Positions 1-9,072 of a stretch of 64,000 bases of DNA are shown here, one piece after another. Position numbers and translations under genes: made by a program. How positions within the stretch are numbered: position 1 is the stretch's first letter; every line of letters begins with the position of its first letter. Location: positions 64,060 through 128,059 of the IMG/VR virus record IMGVR_UViG_3300021185_002167. One strand, written 5' to 3'. The DNA comes from a virus. The notes under the pieces are model-generated. The model had not been told where the DNA came from, made no database searches, and saw only the letters and a program-made list of their open reading frames with translations.

Positions 1-2
1 CA

Positions 3-680
3 TCAGATGTATTTGACCACATGTTAGATATTAAAGAGATAACAACTTGTGGAAAGGATATATCAAAATACTATGATGAGTTAATAGCTGATAATAATTA
101 CGCCACAAATAAAATGGACCATAAGAGGTCATTATATATGTGCATGCTTTCAGCTAATGCCCTTGAAGGAATCAGATTTTATGTATCCTTCGCCTGCAGT
201 TGGGCATTCGCTGAATTAAAGAAGATGGAAGGTAACGCAAAAATTATTAAGTTTATCGCAAGAGATGAAAATACACATCTTGCTGGTACAACTGTTATGA
301 TAAGAAACCTTATTAAAGAAGACAAAGATATTGCAAAAATCGCTAAGAAATATGAAGATGATGCAGTCAAACTTTTTGTAGATGTTATTGAACAAGAAAA
401 AGAATGGGCAAGATACTTATTCAAAGATGGTTCAATGATTGGTTTAAATGAAACCATATTAGAAAATTATGTAGAATGGATAGGATGTAAACGAATGAGA
501 GCATTAGGTCTACCTTGTCCATATACAGTTCCACAAATGAATCCATTACCTTGGACAGAGAAATGGATATCAGGTGGTAGCGTGCAGGTAGCTCCTCAAG
601 AGACAGAGATAAGTTCTTATGTCGTAGGTGGAGTAAAACAAGATGTAGATAATAACACATTAGTAGGATTAAGTTTATGA
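3..680 (+). CDS. nrdB: Ribonucleotide reductase class Ia beta subunit, 5' truncated by the window edge
   Basis: Motifs NALEGIRFYVSFACSWAF, IARDENTH and C-terminal VQVAPQETEISSY; the frame is open back to the window start. Confidence 0.97.
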   Translation, partial: SDVFDHMLDIKEITTCGKDISKYYDELIADNNYATNKMDHKRSLYMCMLSANALEGIRFYVSFACSWAFAELKKMEGNAKIIKFIARDENTHLAGTTVMIRNLIKEDKDIAKIAKKYEDDAVKLFVDVIEQEKEWARYLFKDGSMIGLNETILENYVEWIGCKRMRALGLPCPYTVPQMNPLPWTEKWISGGSVQVAPQETEISSYVVGGVKQDVDNNTLVGLSL

Positions 681-1120
681 GAGAATTAGGAAAGGTTTTA
701 TTAGGTTGCTCAGCAATCGTAATATTTTTTATGATAATGATTATGCCAAACATGGCGTATAGTGGATATAGTAGTAGCAGTTCGTGTATACATGAATGTT
801 ATGAAGAGTATGTAGCATTAAATGGTACACCATCTGAAATAGAACAGAAAAAGAAAGCATTAGCAGCTGAAGATGAATTTAGTTCTATTAAAGGATTATG
901 GGCTGGATGCGCAGCATGTCACGGAGCAGAAGGACAAGGTAATGGACCTTTCCCTAAACTTGCAGGACAGAGTTCAGATTATATCGTAAGTAGATTATAT
1001 GCATATCAAAATAGAGAACAAGTTGGTCCTATGAGTTCAACAATGTGGGCTCAAGCTGGTATGTTATCTGATAGCGATATAGATACAATAGGTAAATTTA
1101 TTGAGGAGACAATGAAATGA
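677..1120 (+). CDS. c-type cytochrome (c553/c4-like, single heme) with N-terminal membrane anchor or signal
   Basis: CAACH heme motif followed by G..G.G..PKLAGQ...YI...L..Y, a distal Met region (MSSTMWAQA) and a hydrophobic N-terminus. Confidence 0.9.
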   Translation: MRELGKVLLGCSAIVIFFMIMIMPNMAYSGYSSSSSCIHECYEEYVALNGTPSEIEQKKKALAAEDEFSSIKGLWAGCAACHGAEGQGNGPFPKLAGQSSDYIVSRLYAYQNREQVGPMSSTMWAQAGMLSDSDIDTIGKFIEETMK

Positions 1121-1344
1121 TACAGATATACGGAAAAGAACAATGTCCATATTGCGATATGGCAAAAGCTTTATGTGAACAGAAAGGAATGGATTACGAA
1201 TATAAACAATACGGAATTGATTTTGATAGAAGTTACATGACTGAGATATTTCCAGGCGCAAGAACGTTTCCTCAAATCATTGTTGATGGTAGTAAGATTG
1301 GTGGATATACAGAACTTAAAGAACTTACGGACTTAGAGCTATGA
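1117..1344 (+). CDS. nrdC: Glutaredoxin
   Basis: CPYC active site, TFPQI and IGGYTEL motifs. Confidence 0.93.
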   Translation: MIQIYGKEQCPYCDMAKALCEQKGMDYEYKQYGIDFDRSYMTEIFPGARTFPQIIVDGSKIGGYTELKELTDLEL

Positions 1345-1469
1345 TTCTAGAATGCGAGCACTGCTATTCACGTATCGTAATTAAACCTGATGAACCAATC
1401 AAAATAAATTTTTGCCCTCATTGCGGCGAAGCTACTGAAGATTCAGACGAACTGGACTTTAATGAATAA
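1341..1469 (+). CDS. 42-aa zinc-ribbon protein (not in the ORF track)
   Basis: Manual translation MILECEHCYSRIVIKPDEPIKINFCPHCGEATEDSDELDFNE; CxxC...CPxC; ATGA overlap with the glutaredoxin stop. Confidence 0.75.
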   Translation: MILECEHCYSRIVIKPDEPIKINFCPHCGEATEDSDELDFNE

Positions 1470-1887
1470 TTGGTTATACCAAGGTAGAACATTCGAACCA
1501 CCAGAAGAATTTACACCTGATGTATGGTATGGATTTGTCTACTGTATAACTAACAGAGCAAAAAATAAAAAGTATGTTGGAAAGAAATTCTTCTGGAAAG
1601 CAAAGACTTTACCTATTACAAAGAAAAGAAAAAGACGTCAAAGACTTAAAGTAGAGTCAGATTGGCGCACATATTACGGTTCAAATAAACACTTACAACA
1701 AGATGTAATCGATATGGGAGAAGACTTTTTCCATAGAGAGATTATACACTTATGTAAAACAAAAGGCGAATGCGCTTATATGGAAACAAAAGAGCAATTC
1801 GAAAGAGAAGTTTTATTAACAGAAGACTATTACAATGGTATTATCAATTGTAGAATAGGTGGAAACGCTGTAAAAAACTTAAAATAA
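1462..1887 (+). CDS. GIY-YIG family (Seg-like) endonuclease
   Basis: GFVYCITN...KKYVGKK, YYGS, E..EQF and YYN motifs. Confidence 0.8.
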   Translation: MNNWLYQGRTFEPPEEFTPDVWYGFVYCITNRAKNKKYVGKKFFWKAKTLPITKKRKRRQRLKVESDWRTYYGSNKHLQQDVIDMGEDFFHREIIHLCKTKGECAYMETKEQFEREVLLTEDYYNGIINCRIGGNAVKNLK

Positions 1888-1890
1888 ACG

Positions 1891-1919
1891 TTTACATTTA
1901 CTCAAAAGTATGGTATAAT
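1891..1919 (+). promoter_or_regulatory. sigma70-type early promoter
   Basis: TTTACA-17bp-TATAAT with TGG before the -10; the same motif recurs 8 times in the window. Confidence 0.85.
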
Positions 1920-1928
1920 AGATATATA

Positions 1929-2351
1929 ATGGCAAAAATACTTAAATTTCCTACACCACAGGAATTACAACAAAAGCAAGACGAAAAAACGCTTGATCAA
2001 GCAAGTGAAACATGTGTCGATAGTGCGCATTTTCTCTTTGAAGTATTAGAAGAATTTATAAATGCTGGCGAAGTATCAGAAGACTTTATGGATATGGATT
2101 TCAGAGATGAAACTAATCAAGAGTCAAGAGATATGTATGTCATAGTTAATATGATAAATGGTATGTTAAATCGTTATTATGGAATTCCACATGGATTACA
2201 TCAAACGATGGACAGTGCTTATGTCAAGATAAAAGAAATGATTCTTATAAACGAACAAGCAAACCACGAACTTGCTGAATATACATTTGAGCCAGATAAT
2301 AGTGATATTGAAATTGAATTTACACCAGAGGACCCAGATGATATTGATTGA
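1929..2351 (+). CDS. Hypothetical acidic protein
   Basis: ORF directly behind the promoter; MAKILKFP start is typical of small phage ORFs. Confidence 0.75.
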   Translation: MAKILKFPTPQELQQKQDEKTLDQASETCVDSAHFLFEVLEEFINAGEVSEDFMDMDFRDETNQESRDMYVIVNMINGMLNRYYGIPHGLHQTMDSAYVKIKEMILINEQANHELAEYTFEPDNSDIEIEFTPEDPDDID

Positions 2352-3192
2352 TTACAGCCAAATAGCGCTGTCTAATATAATAGTTCAAAAACTAAATGAT
2401 GAACAAATGATAAGACATATGATACTTAATAGTATACGTATGTATAATAAGCGTTACAGAGACGAATATGGCCAATTGGTTATATGCGCTGACGGTATGA
2501 ACACTTGGAGAAAAGAGTTCTTTCCTGAATATAAAGCGTCTCGTAAAAAAGGTAGAGAAGAATCTAAGCAAGATTGGAATGAAATCTTTAGAATATTACA
2601 AACTGTAAGAGATGAAATAAGAGATTATCTACCATATAAAGTTATACATTTAGAAGGTGTAGAAGCTGATGATGTCATAGGTACATTAACAATGGAAACT
2701 CAAGAGTTTGGTCAAGCAGAACCTGTTATGATTATATCATCTGATAAAGACTTTATACAACTACAAAAGTATAAGAACGTAAAACAGTTTAGTCCTATAC
2801 AAAAGAAATTCGTAAAAGATGCTAATCCAAGAACATATTTGTTTAATCATATTATGAGAGGCGATAGTGGAGATGGTATACCAAACGTATTATCTGATGA
2901 CGATACTTTTATAACTGAAAAAAATCAAACACCTTTAAGACAAACAAGGATAGATGCTTGGCTAGAAAACTCTGATAATCTAAGAGAATCAATGGATGAT
3001 GATACATATCGTAATTATCAACGTAATAAAAAACTTATTGATTTAACTGATATACCAGAAACTATACAAGAAACTATTATAAATAATTTTAATGGTCAAA
3101 CAAAAACACCAAATATGAAAGTATTGAACTATTTAATAAAGAAAAGATGTAATCATTTGATTGAAGTCGTGGAGGAATTTTACAATGGCTAG
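2338..3192 (+). CDS. rnh: T4-type RNase H / 5'-3' exonuclease
   Basis: MILIDYSQ start, WRK..FPEYKASR, EADD, SSDKDF.QL and GDSGDGIPN motifs; start moved to Met23 of the track ORF. Confidence 0.95.
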   Translation: MILIDYSQIALSNIIVQKLNDEQMIRHMILNSIRMYNKRYRDEYGQLVICADGMNTWRKEFFPEYKASRKKGREESKQDWNEIFRILQTVRDEIRDYLPYKVIHLEGVEADDVIGTLTMETQEFGQAEPVMIISSDKDFIQLQKYKNVKQFSPIQKKFVKDANPRTYLFNHIMRGDSGDGIPNVLSDDDTFITEKNQTPLRQTRIDAWLENSDNLRESMDDDTYRNYQRNKKLIDLTDIPETIQETIINNFNGQTKTPNMKVLNYLIKKRCNHLIEVVEEFYNG

Positions 3193-3613
3193 AAAATTAA
3201 TATCAGAAGTCCTGGTTGAAGCAGGCAAAATCGTAAAACGTGATGAAAGAATCAAGTTTTTACAACTCAATAAATCACCAGGTCTTACAGACATACTTAG
3301 AATAAACTATGATGATACTATAGTATCTGCACTTCCAGCTGGAGCTCCAAATTATAGTCAAGACGATGCTCCAAAAGGATATGAGTATACTCGCTTAAAT
3401 AAAGCATATACTCAATTTAAGTATTTCTTTAAAGGACCAGTAGCAAATGGTATGAAACCACTTAAGAGAGAAGGTCTTTTTCTTAATTTGCTCGAAACTC
3501 TTAATCCAGAAGAAGCTGATCTACTCGTTGCAGCAAAAGACAAAAGTATGAAATACAAGGGCATCACTAAAAGATTAGTTAACGATGCATTTCCAAATTT
3601 GATAGTTAAATAG
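3185..3613 (+). CDS. Conserved T4-like hypothetical protein
   Basis: KRE.LF..LLE.L.P.EA.LL...KDK....YKGIT motif, recognised as usually following rnh in marine T4-like phages. Confidence 0.75.
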   Translation: MARKLISEVLVEAGKIVKRDERIKFLQLNKSPGLTDILRINYDDTIVSALPAGAPNYSQDDAPKGYEYTRLNKAYTQFKYFFKGPVANGMKPLKREGLFLNLLETLNPEEADLLVAAKDKSMKYKGITKRLVNDAFPNLIVK

Positions 3614-3670
3614 GAGGTTAACACTTTCGTTATGATAGAATTTAATTTTAATATCACAAGGAGACTACCT

Positions 3671-3820
3671 ATGTTTTTACAAATTGAAAGGCTAAAGAAA
3701 GATATTTCAGAGGCAATATACTATCAGAAGAGATTATTAAAAAAGGGCAAGCATAACCTAGCTTATAAAATAGGTAAAAAAATTGACTATATGTCTCATA
3801 CATTAAATGAAATGAAATAA
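3671..3820 (+). CDS. Small basic hypothetical protein
   Basis: AGGAG upstream of ATG 3671. Confidence 0.6.
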   Translation: MFLQIERLKKDISEAIYYQKRLLKKGKHNLAYKIGKKIDYMSHTLNEMK

Positions 3821-3833
3821 ACCCAAAAAAACG

Positions 3834-3862
3834 TTTACATTTGATTGAAAGTATGGTATAAT
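3834..3862 (+). promoter_or_regulatory. sigma70-type early promoter
   Basis: TTTACA-17bp-TATAAT. Confidence 0.85.
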
Positions 3863-3869
3863 ATATATT

Positions 3870-4190
3870 ATGATACAGATACTACGCGAAATAACAGACT
3901 GGGGTGACCAGCAAATATCAAACGGCGACTACTACGTTAACAGCCACGGATACCTTATAGGTTATATGCCTAAAGGTGGCGCTTACAAAGAGTTTAATAC
4001 TCCTATGAAGCAGTTTTCAAAATCAAGACGCAAATTCAAACTTATTGGCGAATGGCCAGAAGAACTACCAGATGGAGCAATCACTGTCAAAGGTAGCAAT
4101 GGTAATACATATACTATTGTTAATGACAAATGCTCATGTCCTGGATTTAAGTTCAGAGGTAGTTGCAAACACATGGAGAAAGCAGCATGA
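3870..4190 (+). CDS. SWIM zinc-finger protein
   Basis: C-terminal CSCPGFKFRGSCKH. Confidence 0.8.
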   Translation: MIQILREITDWGDQQISNGDYYVNSHGYLIGYMPKGGAYKEFNTPMKQFSKSRRKFKLIGEWPEELPDGAITVKGSNGNTYTIVNDKCSCPGFKFRGSCKHMEKAA

Positions 4191-4762
4191 ATATATTCGT
4201 ACTCGATAATGACCCAGTGATTGCAGCTCAAGATCAATGTGATAAACACGTTGTCAAAATGATTGTTGAATCAGCTCAAATGCTTTCAACAGTTCATCGT
4301 ATGCTAGATGGTGTAATGGAAAGAAGACCATCTAAATCAGGAGCAATGCTACAATATTGGAAACTACTTGATGAACGCGAAGATATACTATATAAAGCAT
4401 GTCATTTCAATCATCCGTCAACAATATGGACTCGTGAAGGCTGTTGTAATTACACATGGCATTACAATCATTTTATTGCACTTTGCGATGAGTATACATA
4501 TAGGTATGGTAAAACACATTCAACTGATACTAAACTACGTGAAGCGCTTAAACATCAGCCTAACAATATTAAAACAGGAAAAACATCATTCAAACTTGCA
4601 ATGGGTTCAAATCCTGAATGTGTTGTTAATGGACTTGGTGGAACTGATGCAGTTCAATCATACAGAAACTTTTATCATACAAAACAAGATCGATTCAAAA
4701 TGGATTGGACAAAAAGACCAATACCAGAATGGTTTACAGTTAAAAAACTAGGAGCAGTATAA
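4187..4762 (+). CDS. Pyrimidine-dimer DNA glycosylase / endonuclease V-like protein
   Basis: MNIFVLD...A...CDKHVVKMIVESAQMLST, H.NHPSTIW and EYTYRYGK.H motifs. Confidence 0.75.
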   Translation: MNIFVLDNDPVIAAQDQCDKHVVKMIVESAQMLSTVHRMLDGVMERRPSKSGAMLQYWKLLDEREDILYKACHFNHPSTIWTREGCCNYTWHYNHFIALCDEYTYRYGKTHSTDTKLREALKHQPNNIKTGKTSFKLAMGSNPECVVNGLGGTDAVQSYRNFYHTKQDRFKMDWTKRPIPEWFTVKKLGAV

Positions 4763-5008
4763 ATGCCAACATATGAATTTAAAAATACAAAGACAGGCGA
4801 AGTATTCGAAAAGTTTATGTCTTATGATAATAAAGTTAAATTCTTAGAAGAAAATCCAGACGTTCAATCTCACTATACAACATTAAATATAGACCATGAT
4901 GGTGGTAAGTCAGTTCTTACAAGAGCTGGTGGCGGTTGGAAAGAAGTACAAGAAAGAATTAAATCCGGAATGCCACCTAAAGACAGAGGATTAATTAAAT
5001 CAAAATAA
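4763..5008 (+). CDS. FmdB-like small regulatory protein
   Basis: MPTYEF.N..TGE start and GWKEV motif; precedes phoH. Confidence 0.65.
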   Translation: MPTYEFKNTKTGEVFEKFMSYDNKVKFLEENPDVQSHYTTLNIDHDGGKSVLTRAGGGWKEVQERIKSGMPPKDRGLIKSK

Positions 5009-5700
5009 TGCAACAAAAAAGACCAAGCAAATTAAGACTCGAGCATATAGCTAAATATAAACCATTGACTCAAAGTCAAGAAAAAGTATATGATTCATGG
5101 AATAATAATCAGAATCTTATATTGAGCGGATCAGCTGGTACTGGTAAAACATTTTTATCTTTATACTTTGGTATCAGTGCAGCATTAGATAAGAATGAAA
5201 AACAAGAGAAAGTAGTAGTTGTAAGAAGCGCTGTTCCTACAAGAGATATGGGATTCTTACCTGGTACAATAGAAGAAAAAGAAGATGCTTACAAAGCGCC
5301 ATATACAGCAATAGTTAATGAGTTATTCAGAGATGGAGAAGCATATAAAAAGATGGAACAGTTTAAGAACATTGAATTCTTAACAACATCTTTTATACGT
5401 GGTATTACAATACATAACGCAGTAGTTATTATTGACGAGGCTCAAAACTGTAACTTTCATGAACTTTGTAGTGTGATAACTCGACTTGGAGATAATTGTA
5501 GATTAATTATATCGGGTGATTATTATCAAAGCGATTTCGTTAAACAGAATGATAAAAGCGGTTTATATAACTTTATAAATATATTAAATAATATGAAGAG
5601 CTTTGACCACATAGAATTTGAATGGAAAGATATAGTACGTAGTGGTTTAGTAAGAGACTTTATAATGACAAAAGAAATGTTAGAGAACAATAAACTATGA
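5008..5700 (+). CDS. phoH: PhoH-like ATPase
   Basis: GSAGTGKT P-loop, GFLPG, FIRG.T, IIDEAQN, TRLG and GD..QSD. Confidence 0.96.
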   Translation: MQQKRPSKLRLEHIAKYKPLTQSQEKVYDSWNNNQNLILSGSAGTGKTFLSLYFGISAALDKNEKQEKVVVVRSAVPTRDMGFLPGTIEEKEDAYKAPYTAIVNELFRDGEAYKKMEQFKNIEFLTTSFIRGITIHNAVVIIDEAQNCNFHELCSVITRLGDNCRLIISGDYYQSDFVKQNDKSGLYNFINILNNMKSFDHIEFEWKDIVRSGLVRDFIMTKEMLENNKL

Positions 5701-5879
5701 TAAAAGAAGAATATAGAGACGCTACTCCAGAAGAAGTTGATGAATGGCAAGACACAGATTATTTTATGAAAGGTGACTTTGACCCATTACAACTCTTTGT
5801 AGTTATACCAACAATTGTACAAATATTCATGTTTGGATCGATGCTTTTAGTATTTAAACTCAACGATGCATATTTTTAA
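5697..5879 (+). CDS. Small membrane protein
   Basis: ATGA overlap with phoH; hydrophobic C-terminal half. Confidence 0.6.
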   Translation: MIKEEYRDATPEEVDEWQDTDYFMKGDFDPLQLFVVIPTIVQIFMFGSMLLVFKLNDAYF

Positions 5880-6033
5880 AACATATTTTAAGCTCTTACT
5901 TGGCGTGGGCTCATTAGAAAAAGAATACAACATTACGCCACTTAACATTATTATTACTGCCTTTATAGTAGGTACACTCTTTTTAGGAATGATATTCTTA
6001 TTGATTGCAGGAACATATTACATTATTAATTAA
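5866..6033 (+). CDS. 55-aa membrane protein (not in the ORF track)
   Basis: Manual translation MHIFKTYFKLLLGVG...PLNIIITAFIVGTLFLGMIFLLIAGTYYIIN fills the gap to the next gene. Confidence 0.55.
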   Translation: MHIFKTYFKLLLGVGSLEKEYNITPLNIIITAFIVGTLFLGMIFLLIAGTYYIIN

Positions 6034-6035
6034 TT

Positions 6036-6710
6036 ATGAAATTTTTACACGAACCTAAAGATTTAGGTTACAACGATTTAGAAGCCGTCACAGGCGACAA
6101 GGGAAGGTTTTACTCAGATCCCGAAGGAAATAAGTACGCTTCAGTTACTACAGTCCTTTCAATACTATCAGAAGAAGCGATACAAGCTTGGAGAGCAAGA
6201 GTTGGCGAAGAAGAAGCCAATAGGATATCTCGTCAAGCAAGTTCTCGTGGAACAACAGTCCATAACATAATAGAAAAATATGTAGCAAATGACCCTGAGT
6301 ATATCAAAGGAGAAATGCCACATAACGTTCAAACCTTTAAGGATATACAACCTGTCTTAGATGAGAGTGTTACAAAGGTATATCAACAAGAAGCTCCGCT
6401 TTATTCTAAACACTTAGGTTTAGCTGGAAGAGTTGACTTAGTCGGTCAATGGAAAGGCGTAGATTCTATTATTGATTGGAAGACATCACGTAAGTTAAAA
6501 AAGAAAGAATGGATTAGTTCATACTTTATGCAATGCGCAGCTTACGCGATTATGTGGGAAGAAAGAACTGGCATGCCAATAAAACAATTAGTTGTTTGTA
6601 TTGCTGGTGATGAAGGTTCACAGGTCTTTGTTGAAGATAGAGACAATTGGACAAAAGATTTAATTAATACTATTAATGAATATAAACGTAGAAAACTATT
6701 CGGGAGATAA
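6036..6710 (+). CDS. PD-(D/E)XK (Cas4-like) exonuclease
   Basis: SVTTVL, RGT.VH, E..LYS, AGRVD, IIDWKTS and Q..AYA motifs. Confidence 0.88.
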   Translation: MKFLHEPKDLGYNDLEAVTGDKGRFYSDPEGNKYASVTTVLSILSEEAIQAWRARVGEEEANRISRQASSRGTTVHNIIEKYVANDPEYIKGEMPHNVQTFKDIQPVLDESVTKVYQQEAPLYSKHLGLAGRVDLVGQWKGVDSIIDWKTSRKLKKKEWISSYFMQCAAYAIMWEERTGMPIKQLVVCIAGDEGSQVFVEDRDNWTKDLINTINEYKRRKLFGR

Positions 6711-6711
6711 A

Positions 6712-6918
6712 ATGGCAAACTATAAAGATAAAATAATACATACACTTAAGGTTCATGCTGCAGCTCATGTACAGAAACATATAATGAATGCTAACATTCT
6801 TATGGGTTCTCATGTCGGTGTTGCTGAACATCCGGATTTAATTGAGACCATTGAGAAAGAATTGATGGAAGCAGCTAAATACCAAGATGTATTAGATATG
6901 GTGGAAAAGCATCTATAA
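6712..6918 (+). CDS. Conserved hypothetical protein
   Basis: VGVAEHPD..ETIEKEL motif; GGAG upstream of ATG 6712. Confidence 0.7.
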   Translation: MANYKDKIIHTLKVHAAAHVQKHIMNANILMGSHVGVAEHPDLIETIEKELMEAAKYQDVLDMVEKHL

Positions 6919-6930
6919 GCATAAAATTCT

Positions 6931-6971
6931 TATAAATAGATATTTACATTTACAAAAAAGTATGGTATAAT
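6931..6971 (+). promoter_or_regulatory. Tandem late (TATAAATA 6931-6938) and early (TTTACA 6943 / TATAAT 6966) promoters
   Basis: Both consensus motifs lie in one intergenic gap. Confidence 0.75.
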
Positions 6972-6977
6972 ATATCT

Positions 6978-7583
6978 ATGAAAAAGTTTAACGAGTTTTT
7001 AGCAGAAAGAGCAGGTAAAGGATTAACAATATTTGATATTGATGATACTATGTTCGTATCTAAAGCTCGTGTAATTGTAAAAAATAAAAATACTGGACAA
7101 AGTAAACCACTTACTCCAATGGAGTTTAATAGTTATAAACTACGTAAGAACGAAGAATATGACTTTGGTGAATTTAGATCAGCTAAAATATTCTATCAAA
7201 CAGCAACTCCAATTGCTCGTATGGTACAAAAGGCGAAAGCAATTATAAGTAACGCAACCAAAAAAGGTTCAAAGGTTATTGTTGTAACTGCAAGAAGTGA
7301 TATGGATGATAAGAATCTCTTTATCAAAACTTTTGAAGCTCATGGTATACCAATGAAAAATGTATACGTTGAGAGAGCTGGTAATATGAGTGGTAGTAGT
7401 GCTGAGAATAAAAAAGTAATATTTAGAAAGTATTTAAAAACTGGTGAGTATGCAAGAATAAGATTATTTGATGACCACAAAGAAAACTTAACTGCACTAC
7501 TTGATTTGAAAAAAGAGTTTCCTTCAGTAGAAATGTTTGCTTATTTAGCAGATTTAAAAGGAAGCGTAAAGAGGATTAAATAA
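6978..7583 (+). CDS. HAD-superfamily phosphatase-like protein
   Basis: FDIDDT (motif I), VTAR (motif II), K, and FDD...NL (motif IV). Confidence 0.78.
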   Translation: MKKFNEFLAERAGKGLTIFDIDDTMFVSKARVIVKNKNTGQSKPLTPMEFNSYKLRKNEEYDFGEFRSAKIFYQTATPIARMVQKAKAIISNATKKGSKVIVVTARSDMDDKNLFIKTFEAHGIPMKNVYVERAGNMSGSSAENKKVIFRKYLKTGEYARIRLFDDHKENLTALLDLKKEFPSVEMFAYLADLKGSVKRIK

Positions 7584-7786
7584 TGTCAATAAAATTAGGC
7601 AAAAGCATAACAACAAGAGATAGAAATACTGGTAAATTAACAACTGAGCATTCATATATAAAAATGATTGCAATAAAGGAATTAATTGAGAAGTTTAATA
7701 ACGCTAATACTCGTAAAAGAGATAAACAAAAAATTAAGAACGAGTTAGTCAGGAGAGGTGGAGTTGTCTTCCAAGAAATTAGATAG
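7583..7786 (+). CDS. Basic hypothetical protein
   Basis: TAATG coupling to the upstream gene. Confidence 0.65.
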   Translation: MSIKLGKSITTRDRNTGKLTTEHSYIKMIAIKELIEKFNNANTRKRDKQKIKNELVRRGGVVFQEIR

Positions 7787-7919
7787 GATTAAAGAAGTTC
7801 TTAATTTAAAAGAATATCGCAAAAAACAAAAAACAAAATTTAGAAAAAAACTTCTAAGTATTGTTTTAGCTATTGCATTAATAGCAGGTGCGATAACATA
7901 TTGGATATATTATGGATAG
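7764..7919 (+). CDS. Small basic protein with C-terminal TM helix (start uncertain)
   Basis: Manual translation; TTG start after GGAGAGGTGGAG; fills the gap. Confidence 0.45.
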   Translation: MSSKKLDRIKEVLNLKEYRKKQKTKFRKKLLSIVLAIALIAGAITYWIYYG

Positions 7920-8094
7920 TAAGAAGCAATGGCATGGTGGAAAAGGTTCTGGTAGAAGAAGTACTGCAAATGATAACGCATACGGAGATAACTGGGATAA
8001 GATATTTGGTAAGAAGAAAAAAGAAACAATAACTGAACCAACACCAAAAGGTATACCTTCAGCGTATAAATATAAGTATAAAACAAAGGAATAA
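7912..8094 (+). CDS. Hypothetical protein
   Basis: WHGGKGS..R...Y.DNWD.IF pattern common in marine phage small ORFs. Confidence 0.65.
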   Translation: MDSKKQWHGGKGSGRRSTANDNAYGDNWDKIFGKKKKETITEPTPKGIPSAYKYKYKTKE

Positions 8095-8095
8095 T

Positions 8096-8362
8096 ATGAG
8101 TATAGATATAGACCAATTTGATTTCGGCTTTACAGCTGTTGATGAAAATGAACTCGAAGCAGTACAAAAGTTATCAACTCAAGCTTCAGCAGTATCAGAA
8201 TCTGCTGAACAAACAGAAGAGAAATTAAATAAACTCTATAATGCCATATTACCTTTACTTAGTAATTTAAAAGCAAACCCAGAAAAAGATTATATCTACT
8301 GGCCAGGAAGAACTGAAAAGGTAGAAGCTTTTGAGGATATGATATCGGAGATAATTAAGTAA
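8096..8362 (+). CDS. Conserved hypothetical protein
   Basis: FDFGFTAVDE.EL and NPEKDYIYWP.R motifs; TATAAATA at 8065-8072 upstream. Confidence 0.75.
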   Translation: MSIDIDQFDFGFTAVDENELEAVQKLSTQASAVSESAEQTEEKLNKLYNAILPLLSNLKANPEKDYIYWPGRTEKVEAFEDMISEIIK

Positions 8363-9036
8363 TGGCAATAGGAACAACTAATATTTCGTTAGCTAACATT
8401 TATGGAGAAGTAAATAATACGCTTCCAGGTGGTACTAATGTTTCTTTACAAACACAATCTCAAAATGCTGGAAATACTACGCATACATCTACTATATCAG
8501 GTTACACATCTCCGGGTGGTGGTATCACAGGTGCTCCATTTGGAATGGGTGAATTTGGTGGATATGTAAATACGTACGCAACCACTTCACATACTTCTAT
8601 ATCTGCTGACAGTTTTGAAAGCGATTCAAACGCTGAAGCATTTATAAGATGGAACGTTCAATACAATAGCTCAGGTAATATTAGAGTTTATGTAACTGGA
8701 GGAGATACCTTATCACCTACTTCTGCTACAACTGTTTATCTTATAACAAACCCTGCTGCTGGATATACCGTACGACATGGAACTTTTAGTCATTCTGGTA
8801 ATGACATACCGAGTACAAGTGGAACTATATCTGCATCAGCAAGTACAATATTAACAGCTCCAGGTTCAACCTCAATAAGGCTTCTTATTGAATCAGGAGG
8901 CGGTTATGACGATGTAGGTTTTGCATCTGCTACCGGTAGCGGTTCACTCATATTTGAAAAGAGTGGTAGTCCCACATTTACATATAGCTTTACATATGAT
9001 ATGACTGCTGAAACTGAAGGTTCAGGCGGCCAATAA
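8362..9036 (+). CDS. Ser/Thr/Gly-rich putative virion protein
   Basis: Beta-rich composition; N-terminal NISL.NI..E.N pattern as in small fibre/adhesin proteins. Confidence 0.55.
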   Translation: MAIGTTNISLANIYGEVNNTLPGGTNVSLQTQSQNAGNTTHTSTISGYTSPGGGITGAPFGMGEFGGYVNTYATTSHTSISADSFESDSNAEAFIRWNVQYNSSGNIRVYVTGGDTLSPTSATTVYLITNPAAGYTVRHGTFSHSGNDIPSTSGTISASASTILTAPGSTSIRLLIESGGGYDDVGFASATGSGSLIFEKSGSPTFTYSFTYDMTAETEGSGGQ

Positions 9037-9072
9037 ATAAAATAACAATATATAAAGACCACAGGAGTTAAA

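Noticed and set aside
1462-1887. Mobile intron or intein associated with the GIY-YIG gene and nrdB
   Set aside because: The visible part of nrdB is uninterrupted and the nuclease is free-standing, short and lacks an obvious DNA-binding extension
6036-6710. Cas4-like nuclease as a sign of CRISPR-Cas
   Set aside because: No repeat-spacer array or other cas genes seen; solo Cas4-like exonucleases are routine in T4-like phages
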